The position numbers and the translations under genes are program-made. From Octopus vulgaris (lineage: Eukaryota): a DNA stretch of 64,000 nt. Of the stretch, positions 13,092 to 27,387 are shown piece by piece (the stretch's first letter is position 1; each line of letters opens with the position of its first letter). The notes beneath the pieces are model-generated. The model was not told where the DNA came from. It saw only the letters and a program-made list of their open reading frames with translations, and made no database searches. The stretch lies in contig OX597815.1 of the NCBI GenBank assembly GCA_951406725.2, positions 40,424,001-40,488,000 of the forward strand. The letters run 5' to 3'.

Positions 13092-16000
13092 TATATAAAT
13101 ATAGGCATATATACATACATATATGTACATACCTACATATATATGTATATATACATGCACATATGGGTGCAGGACATAAAAAAAACCTTGAACACAATGA
13201 GAAACGAAAACATAAAAACAAAACATAGAAATGAACTTTTTTTGAACAACAACTAAAGGTGGTGCTCCAGCATGGCCACAGTCAAATCACTGAAACAAAT
13301 AAAAGAATAGAAGAAAGAATATATATATATGTGTATGTACATGTGTATGCCTATATGTATGTATATATGTATGCACACAGATTCACACTCACACACACAC
13401 ACACAAAACAGGCTTTTTTTAGTTTCCATCTACCAAATCCTCTCACAAGACTTTGATCTGCCTGGGGCACATACCCAAGGTGCTATGCAGTGAAACTGAA
13501 CATGAGCAAGCTTCTTAACCACACAGCTACACCTGTGTCTAATGTGTGTGTTCTGCTTTCTTTTATTACATTCCACAAAAGACTACAGGTATTGTGTCAT
13601 ATTGTGTTAAATAAAGAGTTACTTTTTGTAACATTTGATGTCCTAAAATGTTATCTTTCTCTTGCTGACAGAAACTTACGAATAACTTGTGCAAACAACC
13701 CACTAGGATTTGTGATAAAAGGGAGTGGGCCAGTTCATGTAGAATGGTTGGACCCTGGAGGACCAGCTGAAACTGCTGGTATTTTACCTGGAGACTTTAT
13801 CATGGAGATTAATGACATTGATACAAGGTGAGTAAAGTAAGATATACTCTTTTACTTGTTTCAGCCATTTGACTGCAGCCAAGCTGGAGTACCACCTTTA
13901 GTCGAGCAAATTGACCCCAAGACTTATTCTTTGTAAGTCCAGTACTTATTCTATCGGTCTCTTTTGCCGAACCGCTAAGTTACGGGGACATAAACACACC
14001 AGCATCGGTTGTCAAGCAATGCTAGGGAGACAAACACAGACACACAAACATACACACACACACACATATATATATATACATACTCAACAGGCTTCTTTCA
14101 GTTTCCATCTACCAAATCCACTCACAAGGCTTTAGTTGGCCCGTGACTATAGTAGAAGACACTTGCCCAAGGTGCCACACAATGGGACTGAACCAGAAAC
14201 CATGTGGTTGAGAAGCAAGCTTCTTACCACTCAACAACACCTGCAATGCTATTCTTAAATTCTGATACAAGGTTCCCCAAAACATGAAAACATAAAACAA
14301 TATTAAGAATCACCAAATGGAAATGATTAGTCAAACATAAATGAACAAACCCATTCCCGTGGGCACAAAAATGTGAAAGAAAACAGTTCTCTCCTGAAGA
14401 TCAAAGTGATATGAAACTCGAATAATGAGAAAAAGTTACCAGTTAAGACAAATAATGAATTCTACATCATTTATTTACTGCATTATTAATTTATTCACTA
14501 CAATACAAATTACTATACAATCTATTATTATACAATCTATATAGTCTAGTTATAAATGTGTGTCTTTCTAGAAATATGACTCATGAACAAGTGGTAAAGA
14601 TCCTTAAAAAATGTGGTCCAGCTCCTCTGCTACAAATTGAACGACACCCAAAGATGGCTGGAAAATGTAATTATTACAGTTTCTCATTCCATCTCTTCTG
14701 CTGTCAGAATCTGTTTCTTTAAACTTCATTAATGCTACTGTTGCCACTGCTTCTTCTTCTCCCCTTCTCCTCCTTCTTCTCTGCCTCCTCCTTTTTCAAC
14801 TTCTTTTAGATTCTTCTTTTCTTTCTTTCTCCCTTAATTTCATTGCAACATAATTCATTTCCTTTTTTATATTTTACTATCTCTTGACTACATCCTCTTT
14901 TACATCTATTTCTTTCTTCACCTCCTCTTTCTTTATCCTTCTTCTACTACTTTGCACTTTACATGTCTCAAAACATGTGCATACTACTTTACTATCACTT
15001 CAAAATCCTGAACTCAACTAACATTCCAATTTTACCAAACCAATCTTTCTTGCATTTATACTCTTTTATGCTAGATTTCTGCATTTTCTGAGCAGATTGT
15101 AAATACTTTTCCACATGTTCTGTATTTGGTGTCTGGCTGAGTTTCATTGATTTTTTTTTCTTTTCAAATCCATTCTCATGACTTATTCCTGAATGGTTAT
15201 AATCAGTGATACAGATTCTCTTTCCAAGGTTTCCATCTCTCAACCATAACCAGATTTATTTATCACCCTGTGATACTCACTCATTCTCTTTCCAAGATCT
15301 GATGATACCATCTTATCGTGTCTTTATCCTATCTGTCTTAATCCTTTGACCTGTCTTCATAATCAATATTACATGCTTATTCACTATAAATGCATATCAG
15401 CATCCTTGCTATGCATCTTTACTATCTGAACATGAAAATTGAGATCATTTTCATTTTGGCTCACAGTTTGAAGTTATCCATATATAGCAGATAAGTCATT
15501 AGTGGTACTAATGCTGCATTACATATATTTTCACATTAATACCATCTTTTTTTTCTTTTTTCTTTTTTTTTTTTACTCGACTTTCTAGTTCAGGTGAACT
15601 CTTTATTTGAAACAACTAATTTCATTGCAAACACCAACGAAGAATCTTTTGATTGGATAGTTGAAGATTTCAGTTCTTATAAAGACAGCGAAGGATTCAC
15701 ATTCAAACAGAAGGTATTTGTGAATTATATTTGTTGTTCATTTTCCTTCTTATTTCGATGATGTAATTATAGGAGGAAGATCAATAGCTATGGCCTTTAT
15801 CAAAACCCTTTAGAAGAGTGGGAGAAAGGGAGGAAGAAAGGAAGTTATTCTCAGACCTGATCTGAATATTTGCAACAGGATAACTTCTCTAAAGGTTGGG
15901 ACCTATGGGTCAGGTGATGGTATTAAACCTGGCAAGGGATTAAGTCTACAACCTATGAAGAAGAATGGTATTAAGAAAGACAGTCTTTCTCACACAGTTT

Positions 16001-19000
16001 CTGTATACCCAATGTTACTCACAAAACTTTAGTTGATCTCGACCATAACTATATGTTGTAATGAAAAATATGTCACAACGGGATGACAAAGAAATATATG
16101 GGGATATGTAAAAATGCACGATACAGATAAGCTCAATCTCTCATCAGTTGTCAACCAAATGTCATTGCAATTTTGACACTTTCTGACTATATTGTTCAAT
16201 TTGGCAATATCAGCAACATAAGGTACATGTTGTAAGCCATGAAGTTATGGCCAAACTGGAGCATTCTTATTTTAGTATTGTAATTTGTTTATTTTATCTT
16301 GTTTTATATTATTTATAGGTTATTATTATAAGAAATATTGTAAGGATGGTGACTGCAGTATCAATAAAGTGTTGGACAAAAAGCCACAGAGTAATTGTTC
16401 TGGCTCTCTAGTTCATTATGTTCTGAGTTTAAATCGCACTCTTTTGGGGAAGGGGACAAGTCTATAAGATAAAGTACTAGTCATGTATTGGAGTCAATAT
16501 AATCGACTAACAGACTCTCCCAAATTTCAAACCTTAAACCTCTAGCTATCTATGTACCATGCTTAATATAAATATATCGTGAAAAGGTAATTTACTATAG
16601 TATTCATCTAGTTGGTTTCAAAGATGAAATCCATTCCATTCTGCATTATCTATATTATCCAGAAATTTCAATCAACTGATCTTATTGGAGTTATCCCCTT
16701 TGTTGTTGTTGTCAGACATTTTAGACACATACTTATAATACTTATTTTATCTGATGTAGAAGAATGGGGGGGGCAGTGTGAACTTCAGTGAGATTTGAAC
16801 TCAGATTTTTAAAATATTAAAGCTTGATGTTTCCTTTTATTTGTGTTACACATTACTATCTTGAGAGAGTAACATCAGAGATCTTGAAATAACCAAAATA
16901 TTCAGTAGATAGACAGAAATTTTGGAACAATGGCTAGTGTTTGTTCACAGCTTTCAAGGAAAACAGATCACCTTATTTATTATTTTGTTTGCCTTAATCC
17001 ATTGTGGTAATTAACCTTTAGCATTCAGATTACTTTGTCAAATATAATGCTTTTTAATTCACATTGTTTTGAATTAATCATGCATTATCTCATAGCTGTG
17101 AAATTTCAATGATTTGATTGTTTATGATTTGAATGACATTGTCAGGTAGATGTGAAAGGCCAGATCTGCCCAGTTTGAACATAAAACAGGGCTGGCTATT
17201 GCCAGTTTAAATGCTAAAGGGTTAATGATGTTGCTTTACATTCTGAGTTCAAATCCCACTGAAGTTAACTTTGTCTTCCATCTTGTAGTGATGATAAAAT
17301 AGGCACCTCTCAAATACTGGGACTAATTTAACTGATTGTAGTATCCTCACAAATCTGTAGCCAATAAACCAATGTTAGAAATCAATATTTTCAAGTAAAA
17401 TAGGAATTTCATTTCTCTTATCTAACGGTATTATGTAATAGATGTAATAAATCATTATAAGAGGAAATACTGAATGATAAATTATGTAAGATGTCTATAA
17501 CAGAGAATTTATATGAAACCATGATCTACATTTTCAGATGGAATATTTATTAACATCACAGGAACGAAAATTATTGTTGCTTTACTTTTTCCAGTACATT
17601 AATTCCAGGTAATGCATATTTGTCACTAGAGAATTGTTTACATGGTTTCAATCTTCTTTCTTTTCTTTTTTCTTCATACATTTACTTATCAGGGGAGTAG
17701 GTTATGGTCTTGTCGCCCACTTCGCAAATCAGGTAGTTCATGAAGGAGTCATACCCAATGACCGGTGTAGCAGCAACATAGTCAACTGCTACAAGGGTAA
17801 AGGTGATTCTTTAGGTAAAAATAACTGCAGGGGTATCAAATTATTGGATCAGGTGATGAAAGTTACAGAGAGGGTCATAGCCCAACTAATTAGGGAGTGA
17901 GTTAGCCTAAGTGAGATGCAGTTTGGTTTTCTGCCAGGTAGAAGCACCACGGATGCTATATTTCTGGTTAGGCAACTGCAGGAGAAATATCTAGCCAAAG
18001 ATAAACCTCTGTACTTGGCTTTTGTTGACTTGGAGAAAGCCTGTAGGAATTCAAGCTGTCTTGAGAGCATCATAATCTTTAAACCTTATTTTAATCCCTC
18101 TTTCACAGAATTGCTGCCGGCTGTAATTTTTGACCTACTAGTGTTTCTCTGATAAACATTAAATCACATCAACGTCACTAGTCAGAAGAGGGATGATAGC
18201 TGTGAGCTACTGCCTCACTTATTCAACTTACATCATCATCATCCTCGTTTAACATCCGCTTTCTAGGCTAGAATGGGTTGGACGATTTGACTGAGGTCTG
18301 GCAAACCAGATAGCTGCACCAGACTCCAATCTGATCTGGCAGAGTTTCTACAGCTTGATGACCTTCCTAATGCCAACAACTCTGAGAGTGTAGTGAGTGC
18401 TTTTATGTGCCACTGGCACAAGAGCCAGTCAGGTGGTACTGGCAATGGTACCACCTGACTGGCCCCCGTGCCGGTGGCACATAAAAGCCTTTATAGAAAA
18501 AAAGCATCAACATCACCACTCCCATTGTTATTTTCATCTTATTATTGGCAAAGGCAGCAGTGGCAGCTGAGTTGGTGGCAGCAGTGCATTCATTGTCATT
18601 GTCATTATCACCATCATTACCACCACCATTGTTATCATTATCATTACCATTGTTGTCAATGTTGTCATCATCGTTGTCATCATCATTGTCCATGTTGTTG
18701 TTGTTATGGTCATCATCAGTTTCAATCAGTCTATCCATACTAGCAAAAATAGGATGGATTTATTTACCCAAAAGTCTATATTTCCAATATATTATTGTTT
18801 TACTTTTATATTTTTGCTTCTACTTTTTTTTATTCAGTAACATCATTAGGTTATTAACATATCTGCGATTAATTCTGGACACTCCATCCAAGAAATCTCT
18901 CTGGTTGTTCTTAATACTGAAAATGTCAACAAAGGACAGAAAATACATTCGAGTAAAAGAGAACCTCAATGAATATTTAAATAACAGTATGTTGTTTCAG

Positions 19001-22000
19001 CTTACATTTTCCATTTCATTCTTTTTTCTCTCTCTTGAGCCCACCAGGATCAACTTTGCCTTTCATCCCTTTCAAATCAAAGTATCATTTGAGCACTGAC
19101 ATTGATGTGTTTGCCTTATCCACTTCTTTGAAATTACTGGCCTTGTGCCAAAAATTTGAAGCTAATATTTTATTCAATATAAAAGATATATATAATATTG
19201 GGTTGTCTGGAAAGTTCGTGCCGATTTATAGTAGCTTACCTTTCAACTTATTTTAGAACATGGTTGAGTCTATAAAATAGGATTTGACTTCACCTCCATT
19301 TAGAGCACAGTTTAAGCTATCTTTTCATGGAAGAAGGTTTATGTTCCTATAACCTGTGTTAATTTTGTAACCCTTTAAAATGGAAGATAAGAAAGTTCAT
19401 TTTCGGCTCTTGATGCTTTGGGAACCAGACAAAAATTGCTGCAGCTCGGCTGGGATGTGTTACCCCACCCTCCATATTCACCAGATATTGTTCCTTCAGA
19501 TTTTCACTTATTCAGGTCTCTGCAGAATAGTCTTAATGGTAAAAATTTTAATTCCTTGGATGACGTAAAAAGATACCTTGATGAATTCTTTGCCATGAAA
19601 CCACCTCAATTCTGAGAAGAGAGTATTTTCAAGTTAAAGGAAAGATGGAGACACATTGTGCAACAAAATAGTTCATATTTGGTTGATTAAAAATGTAATG
19701 GCAAGTATTTATTGACCTTTTTCTTTCCTTTAAAAATCGGCACAAACTTTCTGGACAACCCAATAAAAAAAACTAATCTAAAAAATAATAAAGCTTTATA
19801 ACATTAATTTTTTTTTTTTTTTATTTATAAAAATGGGTAAGGAAAAATTCTGTAGCCTAAATATTACATAAACCCTTATTTCAATCTTCATTTTGGTGAA
19901 ACAAATGTACATTATATATGAAACTTTATAGCAATATAATTGACCCTTTTGATATAAACCTGGTTGCAATTACCCTGGGTTTATGATATAAATTTCATAT
20001 TTCAAAATTATGTAAATTAAAACTTTCTATGAAAATTTTATTTTAATTAATAATCCAAACATAATAATGGCAAAGTTATTTTACTGAAGTTTTCATGATT
20101 TTCAAATTTAAATAAAGGCAGTATATTTCAACAAAAATAGGGTAACAAAAGGGTTAAAGTAGGTGGTTATATATATAATGATGTGCACAAAACATTTGTA
20201 ATAGATTGAAATTTGCACCTTAATTGGAGCAAGGAAATATAGATTTAACAGTAATTCTTTGACTCAAAAAGGAAAGGGGAGATAATTTTTAGGATGTTAG
20301 GAACTTATTTCACAAAAAAATTGAATTTTCATGCTTAAAAGGAAAAGCTTTGTAAACAGGCAAGTTAATGGTTACTGACAGGTTTCAATCTTGTTAGTCA
20401 GCAAATAGAGATTTTTACAGTAGAAAAATAATTATAAAGATATTTGGCTGGTATAATTTGGAAGAAAGATAAAAGAAAAATGGTTTATTAAAATGTTCAA
20501 GCAGAAATAACAACTATAATATAATAACCAGTTAATGATGTAGATTAAAAATTACAGCAGCATGTGGTCACAACCATATTCTAAAAATTCAGCTTGTTGG
20601 AGCATTCTAAGAGGAAATAAAGTTGTCAAGAACTCAACTGTCAGTTAGACACATTTGAAATCTGATGATTACTCTATGTATGAAAGTGCTAATTTTACTT
20701 TATGAGCATTACAAAATATTTTTTTTTAATGTTAAAATACCGTAATAAAAAACTTGAAAACCAGACCATGCAAGATTCTTTATGTGAATTCATGTGTTGT
20801 AACAGATATTATTGTATTTGGGGACCGTCATGTCACCAGTTTAGCCAATGAAAACACACGCACTATATATTTGGTGTTCGCTTGCTTCAGCTTTATTCTG
20901 TATTAATTGTATATCAGCCAGAGTTCATTCAATCAGCGGTCCTTTGCTTTCTTCTTTCCTTTTTTTATGTGCCTTTCCTTACTAATGATCTGCCATTTTG
21001 TATCCCTGTTGTATGTGTCTTTATTTGCTCATGCGTATATCTCTGTGTGTCTTTATTTGCACATGCATATATCCCTATGTGTGTTTATATTTAGTAAGTG
21101 TGTGGGGGGGAATATGTATGGTACCCGCATTATCAGTATCCCCTGTTTATACACGTTCGTTTAGTTTATTTTTATTTATTTTATTCATCTGTTTTAATCT
21201 ACTTACTTTTTCATTTCTTTCTTTCTTTTGTATTAATTTAATCTAATTTATATTATTTTGTTTATGTATATAATTATGTAATTCCATTTATTTATTTGTG
21301 TATTGTATTAGTTTCATATTATTATCAGTTTATGGGGATCTTATTCTGTCATAGGCTTGTCTAAGCATTGCATCGGTTCTATGTGTGGAAAAGATTTTAA
21401 CTTCTATGTTGTTGAGTGAGCCCCCGTGCTCCTACTTGGTATGCTGGTATAAAACTGATGAGCTCTTCTCTTCTTTAAGTTCCCTCCAATGCTCATTTAC
21501 CCGCTCTCCTATACTCTGTGCTGTCTCACCTATGTATGTAGTTGTCTTGTTTCTGCACTATTCCTCTGTACATCTTATAGTATAGACTACATTCCTAGCT
21601 TTACAGTTTGCTTGTGGGCTTAATCTACATACAATACAGCTCCTATCAGTACAGGGGGTTCTTCAACTAGCTTTCACCATGTATCACGACTCTATAAATA
21701 TTTTCTATTTAATTTGCTTTTGTTAGTTTTATCTAATTTTTGCTTCCATATTCATTTATATTTTAGATAACAGAAGTCTTATGGAACATCACCTGAGCAC
21801 ATGTGAAAATAATAAAGTCAAAAATAACCTTGGTGTTTATGCAGTGAATAAGTAATTAAAATTCTTATTGTTAATTAAAAAATATTGTAATCGTCAAAAG
21901 CTATTTGTTTATAATTATAATTATATATATATATATATTCACTTTTAAGTTTATCTCTATAGATTTTAGAGCCAGCACTGAAAGATACATTTCCTAAATG

Positions 22001-24683
22001 AATATATCAATGTAAACAATGTGATTGATGATAGAAAAATATGTATTTGCATATTTCAAGAGTTATTGCTCTTCCATCAATACCACATCTATGCCATCAA
22101 CTATTCGCAGTCACATTGCTTAAATACCCATTAAGTTTAGCTGTGTAAGAACTATACCATCATTTCATTAATAAGAATGATTTCAAAATTTAAAAAAATC
22201 ATATCTAAAGATTTCAGATATGAAAAATTCTACTCTAAATGATATAAACATCGGAAATGCTTTGGCCCATGCAGAAACCTCAGGAGTTACTCAGGAGTAT
22301 TACAACCTCTTCTGTATCATCAACAGATATCTCAGGGGCACAAGCAATTCAACCCTTAGCCTGTATATTTCATGTGAGTGAGGTAGTAAGGACTGAATTA
22401 CTCTTCACCTGTGGAAGGATTCCACCTGCAGTCTCTTATCAACTACATTTCAGCTGCCATACCTATCTCCTGAGTGGCTTTCTTCAATTGTTTGGGTTCC
22501 AGAACAATCTTCAGAAATAACACACTGATATAGCTAAAAAGCTGCAACAACCAACTTCAATAGAAATGAGGCCTTCAATCCTGTTTTGAAAATTATCACA
22601 CTGTGTCATGTATATGCACTCTATTGAATGAATCTCAAAGTGTTAATGACAATATGAATATAAAAACATTTTATCTATTTGAGTAAAATATTGCTGATGA
22701 AAAGTTTTGGTTAAGAACAATTTTCAACTAAATTTTTATTTAGAATAAAATCTTTCTTTTTCAGAACATTTGGAAGCATCATCAATATAGAACATATTCT
22801 AAATACCCCAGCAAAACAAACAGTATGGTTAAGTATTTTACCAGATCTTATTCATACACATCAAGCATTAATAAAGGGGAAAATATTATCAAGTAATAAA
22901 CATCTTGGTAAGTATCATTCCAATCCCATTTTGTTTTTGTTTTTTACCTTTGCTGAAAACTGAATTTTTTTAGGAATCAAATCCTATTTTGTCTTCATTC
23001 AAAATATCCAATATTTTCCCATTTCATTAAAAATACATTAATTTATTGATGAACAATTTTCATAAAATATAATGTGACAAACACTGTTAAGCAAAAAGTA
23101 AGCTCCCAGCCAACCAAAACTACAAAAGCAGTTTCAAACGCCACTCAAAACCATTTTATTCTTAACTGCATTCCTAGAAAAAGCACAAACATTTACATTT
23201 TCTTTCCCTGAGAATATAGCACATTTTCCAAACCAAAAACAAAACAATATTCCATAGTATTATATATTTTTGTATGTATAAATGGTCAAGAGCCTTTCTT
23301 TGTTCATTAGTTTCTCTCTTTCTGTCACATTTGAGGAGTGTGGAAGGAAAAAGCAGTGGCTATAGGTGGAAGAGAGAAATAAAATATTGCAAAGAATGGT
23401 AGATTAGATAGATAAAAACGTAGATGGGAGATAGAGTGGTTGAGAAGGAAAAAAGTTAGAAACAGAGATAGAAACAGTCAGTGGTCATCTAGCTGACAGG
23501 TATTCAGGTGAACAGATAGTGAAATATAGGGAAGGATGGATGAAGAAAGAGAGGAGGAGAAAAGATAATGAGATAATGCAAATAAGTAATAAAGTATAAA
23601 AGCAGAAGTGGAAAGAAGAACGATAGATCTCTAAAATAGAAAAAATTAAAGAACATAACAAAATACAGTAATTAGATGCCCTATAATCTAACAACTCTGA
23701 GCACCTTTTCAAACTCCACCTGTCTAACACCTGTGGACATGTTTACAAAGTCAGAAAACAGCACAGCTCCCATGACTTACGGAAACATTTTTTCACGCTA
23801 AGAGTTGCTGAAGTATGGAACAAACTGCCGGCATTAGTTGTTAGTTGTCAGAGTACTGCATCCTTCAAAACTTCCATGCTTCCTGAGATTCGCCAACACT
23901 ACACCTGATTTTCTCCCTTCCATACACATGCAAGCATGTATCTGACTCATACACTGTTCATTTCCCAGACATTTGTACGTTACTGCATATGCTTTATATG
24001 CACTTTCGAGAAGTTGTGGCGCAACTGAGCACTGTATACAATAATTTCATCATCATCATCATCATCATCATTTAATGTCCATTTTCCATGCTAGCATGGT
24101 TCGACTGGGGTCTGGGAAGCCAGGAGGCTGCACCAGGCTTCCCAGACCCCGGTCGAGCCGTCCAACCCCATTATTATTATTATTATTATTATTATTCAGT
24201 AGTTTTATTTTTATAGCGTGCTTTCACTTCACTACCGAGCGCAGCTCTGTGTGCCTTGGGTATGTGCTGTGATTTGTTGTGATGCTCTGATGGTTATTGT
24301 ATGGAAAGTGTTCTGCGTAGGATGTGTGCAGTGCCTAGTAGTGCAATTTTCTGTATGTTATATGTGTTTGTAAGTCCTGGTGTTTTTGTTATGTATTTGT
24401 CTGAATATTTTTTTATCATGCCTAATGCACCTACTATGATAGGAATTGTTTCTGTTTTCAGGTTCCACATTCTAGTTACCTCTATTTCCAGGTCTTTGTA
24501 TTTTGAGAGTTTCTCCATTTCTTTTAGAGACACGTTGTCATCTGCCGGTATTGATACATCAATTAGAAAGCATTTTTTTCTTCATGATCTCTGACAACTA
24601 TATCTGGTCTGTTGGCCTTAATTTCTCTATCTGTGTGTATCGGCATATCCCAGAGTATGGTTGCTTTCTCGTTTTCTGTGACC

Positions 24684-24739
<56 letters not shown>

Positions 24740-27343
24740 TCATGATTCTAAGCCATCGTGGTTGAACTGCTTTTGCCTTTAATCCTTCTAATATTGTTAA
24801 TATAAGCTACATAATATAGGATTGTTCTTGCCAAATCTTCTATTCTCTCTGATATTTTAGGTGTAAATTATTACATTTGTCTTTTCTAGGTGCAGCATTT
24901 TCCTCCATTTCTGCAGTAAATTATAATGAAGAAAATACTGTAAGTAATAACAATGTTTTAAGATTTGTTCTTTTTTACTATAAAAGTATCAATTTTCATT
25001 CCATGCATCAAAGTATTTGTATTCACATGTATGTGCATGCGTGTTCACATGTGTATGCATATGTGGATATATGCTTTGCTTGGGGATTTATTAAAGTTTT
25101 TTTTTCTTTGCATAATTCAAGTTGGTCACTAACAAAGTGACAAGTCACTTTTGCTTAAGTCAAGAGACTAAAAAAATGGTTTGTGAATATGTGAATTAGT
25201 TAGAATGTGCATATACGTAAGTGTACACAGTGGATAAACTTATTCTGGCATAGTGGGTATGCATGTTACTTTAATACTTAAGTGTGTTTGTACTGTTATT
25301 GTTTATGTATGTATGTGTGTGTCTTCCATTTGTGGTAGGTAAGCAGTTGGTAGGGAAGTAGGTAGGTAGGTAGGTAGGTAGGTAGGTAAGTAGGTAGAGT
25401 GAAATATAAGAGAGGCTCAAGGGCGATGGTTGTGTGTTAGGTATGTGAAGGAATTGAGGGTGATAGCAGATAAGTAAGGTGATGGGGATAAGTGAGGAAG
25501 TGAGGTGATGGAGAACAACACAGGATGGAGTGGGTACAGAAAGGAGGTGATTGGTGGAGACAGTGGGTGGGGGAAGATAATGGGAAATGGAAGTGGTTCA
25601 GGGTGGGAAAGGAGATATCTAAGAAAGCAGAGGATGTAAGATGTACCTTTTCTGCTCTCAGGGGGTGAGAGAGGTGACTTGTGTTAGGGGATGAAAAGTG
25701 GTGGGGAAATGGGTTGATGGGGCAGAGAGGATGCAGGTGGGCACGGAGCAGAGCTCCTCACAGACAAGCATTAACCAAGGTGATTTAGGATATTAATTCT
25801 ACTGTAGAGGACAGGTTTTCTTGAGTACAAGGTGCCAGATATCTTGGTCCTATGCCCTCTCCTTCATAATGTTCACTGTCTTGAGATCAGCCTTCAGTAC
25901 TTTATCACATATTTTCCTGGGTCTCCCCTTCCATACAAGTTCAATCCCCTTTAAGTGATCGGTACTTCTTTATGCAACTGTGCACATCCATCCACATCAC
26001 ATGACCAAACCGGTGCAGTCTTCTCTCTTGCACACTGCATCTAGTTTCTCTTGTGCTTAACTTTTCTCTCAACACACTAGCACTCTGTTGCATAGGTACA
26101 TTGACAATGCACATCTAGCAGAGCATTTTGGCTTCATTCTTCTCTAGTCTTTGCATGTCCCCTGCATTTAGGGCCCATGTCTCACTACCATGTGACAGTG
26201 CTGTTCATGCACATGCATCATACGATCATCCTACCTACCTGCCTACCTACCTACCTACCTACCTACCTACCTACCTACCTAACTACCTACCTACCTACCT
26301 GCCTGCCTGCCTGCCTACCTACCTACCTACCTGACTGCCTACCTACCTACCAACAGAGGTAAAAAGTCCCTAAATATGAAACTTTGATCTTAGATGTAAG
26401 ATCTTTATAATATCAACTATATGAAAAGTAGGTTACTTGTAGAAACCAACACTGAAAAATCAAGTCATACAATGTTTTCTTAAAATATATGTATTATAAT
26501 CATGTAATATGTTGTTGGGCTTCCTTTGATTATAATAAAATATTTCAAATATATTTCAGGTAATAAAACAATTTCCCTTAAACATCGACAGTACTGCAAA
26601 TGATATGAGTGATTCCTCTATATGTGACAACTCCATTTCGGCTTCATCTTCATCTCTGTCATATGAAGAAACTCAGGTTGTTTTGGCAGCAAGTCACCAA
26701 CATAGTAAATCCAAAAGTTGCACAGAATGTGAGAAGATGTTTTGGTCATATGCAGACAACCAATCGGAATCTCAGCCTGCAGTTCATGATAAACTCTTGA
26801 CAAGTTTCTTAAAGAAATCTTCTAATTCTAATAGAAAGCTCCCACCGGTAACACAAAATGGTGTTGCTCACAACAGTAATTCTGTATCTGAACCCCCAAC
26901 TCTTCCAAAACACAAATCCAAAGCAAACTACAAATTGCCATCTTCTGTAAAAGGTAATCAGACAAGAACTTTGCCAGACTTTTACAATACAAACTCAACA
27001 AATAAAGTTCCACTTAAAACAACAGATGTGACTCAAAGTGAAAGAGAATCTAAGCATCTGCAGCAAAGCGAGAAGCCAGAAAATAACAGCAATCCTCTTC
27101 CATCAACAAGCAAGGATGTGAAGAATAAACAGAAGAACCTTGTACCAAAGGAAAAAAGTCAAAGTACCAATTCTTTAGTTACATCTGGAACACAAGGTTA
27201 GTTTCGTTGGTAAGTTTATTTTATAAATGATTTTAAATAGAAAAGGAAAGCAATTTAAATTTCAATTGATGCCTGAAATTTTCCAGATCTGACTTCCAAA
27301 CACATCCTTTTTGAAAACATGAAAATACCATCCATGATATTTC

Positions 27344-27387
<44 letters not shown>

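Noticed and set aside
17240-17380. tRNA-like B-box sequences (gagttcaaatccc) here and at ~16425, ~35810 and ~52265
   Set aside because: No complete cloverleaf; they continue into a shared SINE body, so they are SINE heads and not tRNA genes
18403-18743. Asp/Asn-rich, His/Cys-rich and Ser/Leu-rich overlapping ORFs resembling biomineral or metal-binding proteins
   Set aside because: Degenerate (CAT/TGT)n trinucleotide tract inside an intron, open in several frames only because of low complexity
18838-22907. Exons 9 and 11 as a strictly mutually exclusive pair
   Set aside because: A phase-compatible exon (21767-21851) encoding another HHD first half lies between them, so a third tandem domain is the simpler reading
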